From contig NW_025963791.1 in the NCBI RefSeq assembly GCF_023055435.1, positions 41,726,001-41,790,000 of the forward strand: DNA of 64,000 nt, given 5' to 3'. Position 1 is the first letter of the stretch, and each line of letters begins with the position of its first letter. Positions 63,162 through 64,000 of the stretch are shown here, one piece after another. The notes below the pieces were generated by a model. The model did not search any database. It saw nothing but the letters and a program-made list of their open reading frames with translations, and had not been told where the DNA came from. This DNA is from Haliotis rufescens. Taxonomy: Eukaryota. The position numbers and the translations under genes were made by a program.

Positions 63162-64000
63162 TCCATGGCATTTACCGTAGAGCTCCATCTGTCCACGCCA
63201 TGGCATTTACCATAGAGCTCCATCTGTCCACGACATGGCATTTACCGTAGAGCTCCATCTGTCCACGCCATGGCATTTACCATAGAGCCCCATCTGTCCA
63301 CACCATTGCATTTACCATAGAGCTCCATCTGTCCACGCCATGGCATTTACCGTAGAGCTCCATCTGTCAACGCCATGGCATTTACCATAGGGCTCCATCT
63401 GTACACTCCATGGCATTCACCATAGAGCTCCATTCGGTCAACGCCATGGCATTAACCGTAGAGCTCCATCTGTCCACGCCATGGCATTTACCATAGGGCT
63501 CCATCTGTCCATGCCATGGCATTTACCATAGAGCTCCATCTGTCCACGCCATGGCATTTACCGTAGAGCTCCATCTGTCCACGCCATGGCATTCACTGTA
63601 GAGCTCAATCTGTCCACACCATGGCATTCACCTTAGAGCTCCATCTGTCCATGCCATGGCATTTACCGTAGAGCTCCATCTGTCCACGCCATGGCATTTA
63701 CCGTAGAGCTCCATCTGTCCCCACCATGGTATTCAGCATAGAGCTCAATCTGTCAACGCCATGGCATTTACCGTAGAGCTCCATCTGTCCCCAACATGGC
63801 ATTCACCATAGAGCTCCATCTGTCCACACCATGGCATTCACCGTAGAGCTCCATCTGTCCTCCCCCTGGCTTTCAGCGTAGAGCTCCATCTGTCCACACC
63901 ATGGCATTCAACGTAGATCTCCATCTGTCCACACCATGGCATTTACCGTAGAGCTCCATCAGTCCCCACCATGGCATTTACCATAGAGCTCCATCTGTCC
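63162..64000. repeat. 35-bp minisatellite (CCATGGCATTTACCGTAGAGCTCCATCTGTCCACG) in intron 3 of NT5 copy 2
   Basis: About 24 units, running off the window end. Confidence 0.96.

Overview
This is eukaryotic (metazoan) genomic DNA. The SINE and DNA-transposon repertoire suggests a mollusc, but that is an inference. I reconstructed four multi-exon genes by hand from GT-AG boundaries and reading-frame phase. (1) An aldehyde oxidase/xanthine dehydrogenase-family molybdoflavoenzyme on the - strand: 20 exons, 33169 down to 397, continuing past the window start. (2) Head-to-head with it, a complete FUT10/FUT11-like fucosyltransferase (6 exons, 448 aa) with an N-terminal hydrophobic leader and a C-terminal KDEL. 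(3,4) Two tandem 5'(3')-deoxyribonucleotidase (NT5M/NT5C-like) paralogs, the second truncated by the window end. The introns hold at least four SINE families with a shared 3' tail, decayed mariner, Penelope-like and RTEX-like elements, MITEs and many minisatellites. The most striking signal is that three minisatellite arrays are built from the exon-intron junctions themselves: two arrays of exon end + 5' splice donor (AOX introns 4 and 12) and one array of 3' acceptor + exon start (NT5 copy 1, intron 3). Each holds tens of decoy splice sites and extends only into the intron. All long ORFs over repeats in the supplied track are artefacts.
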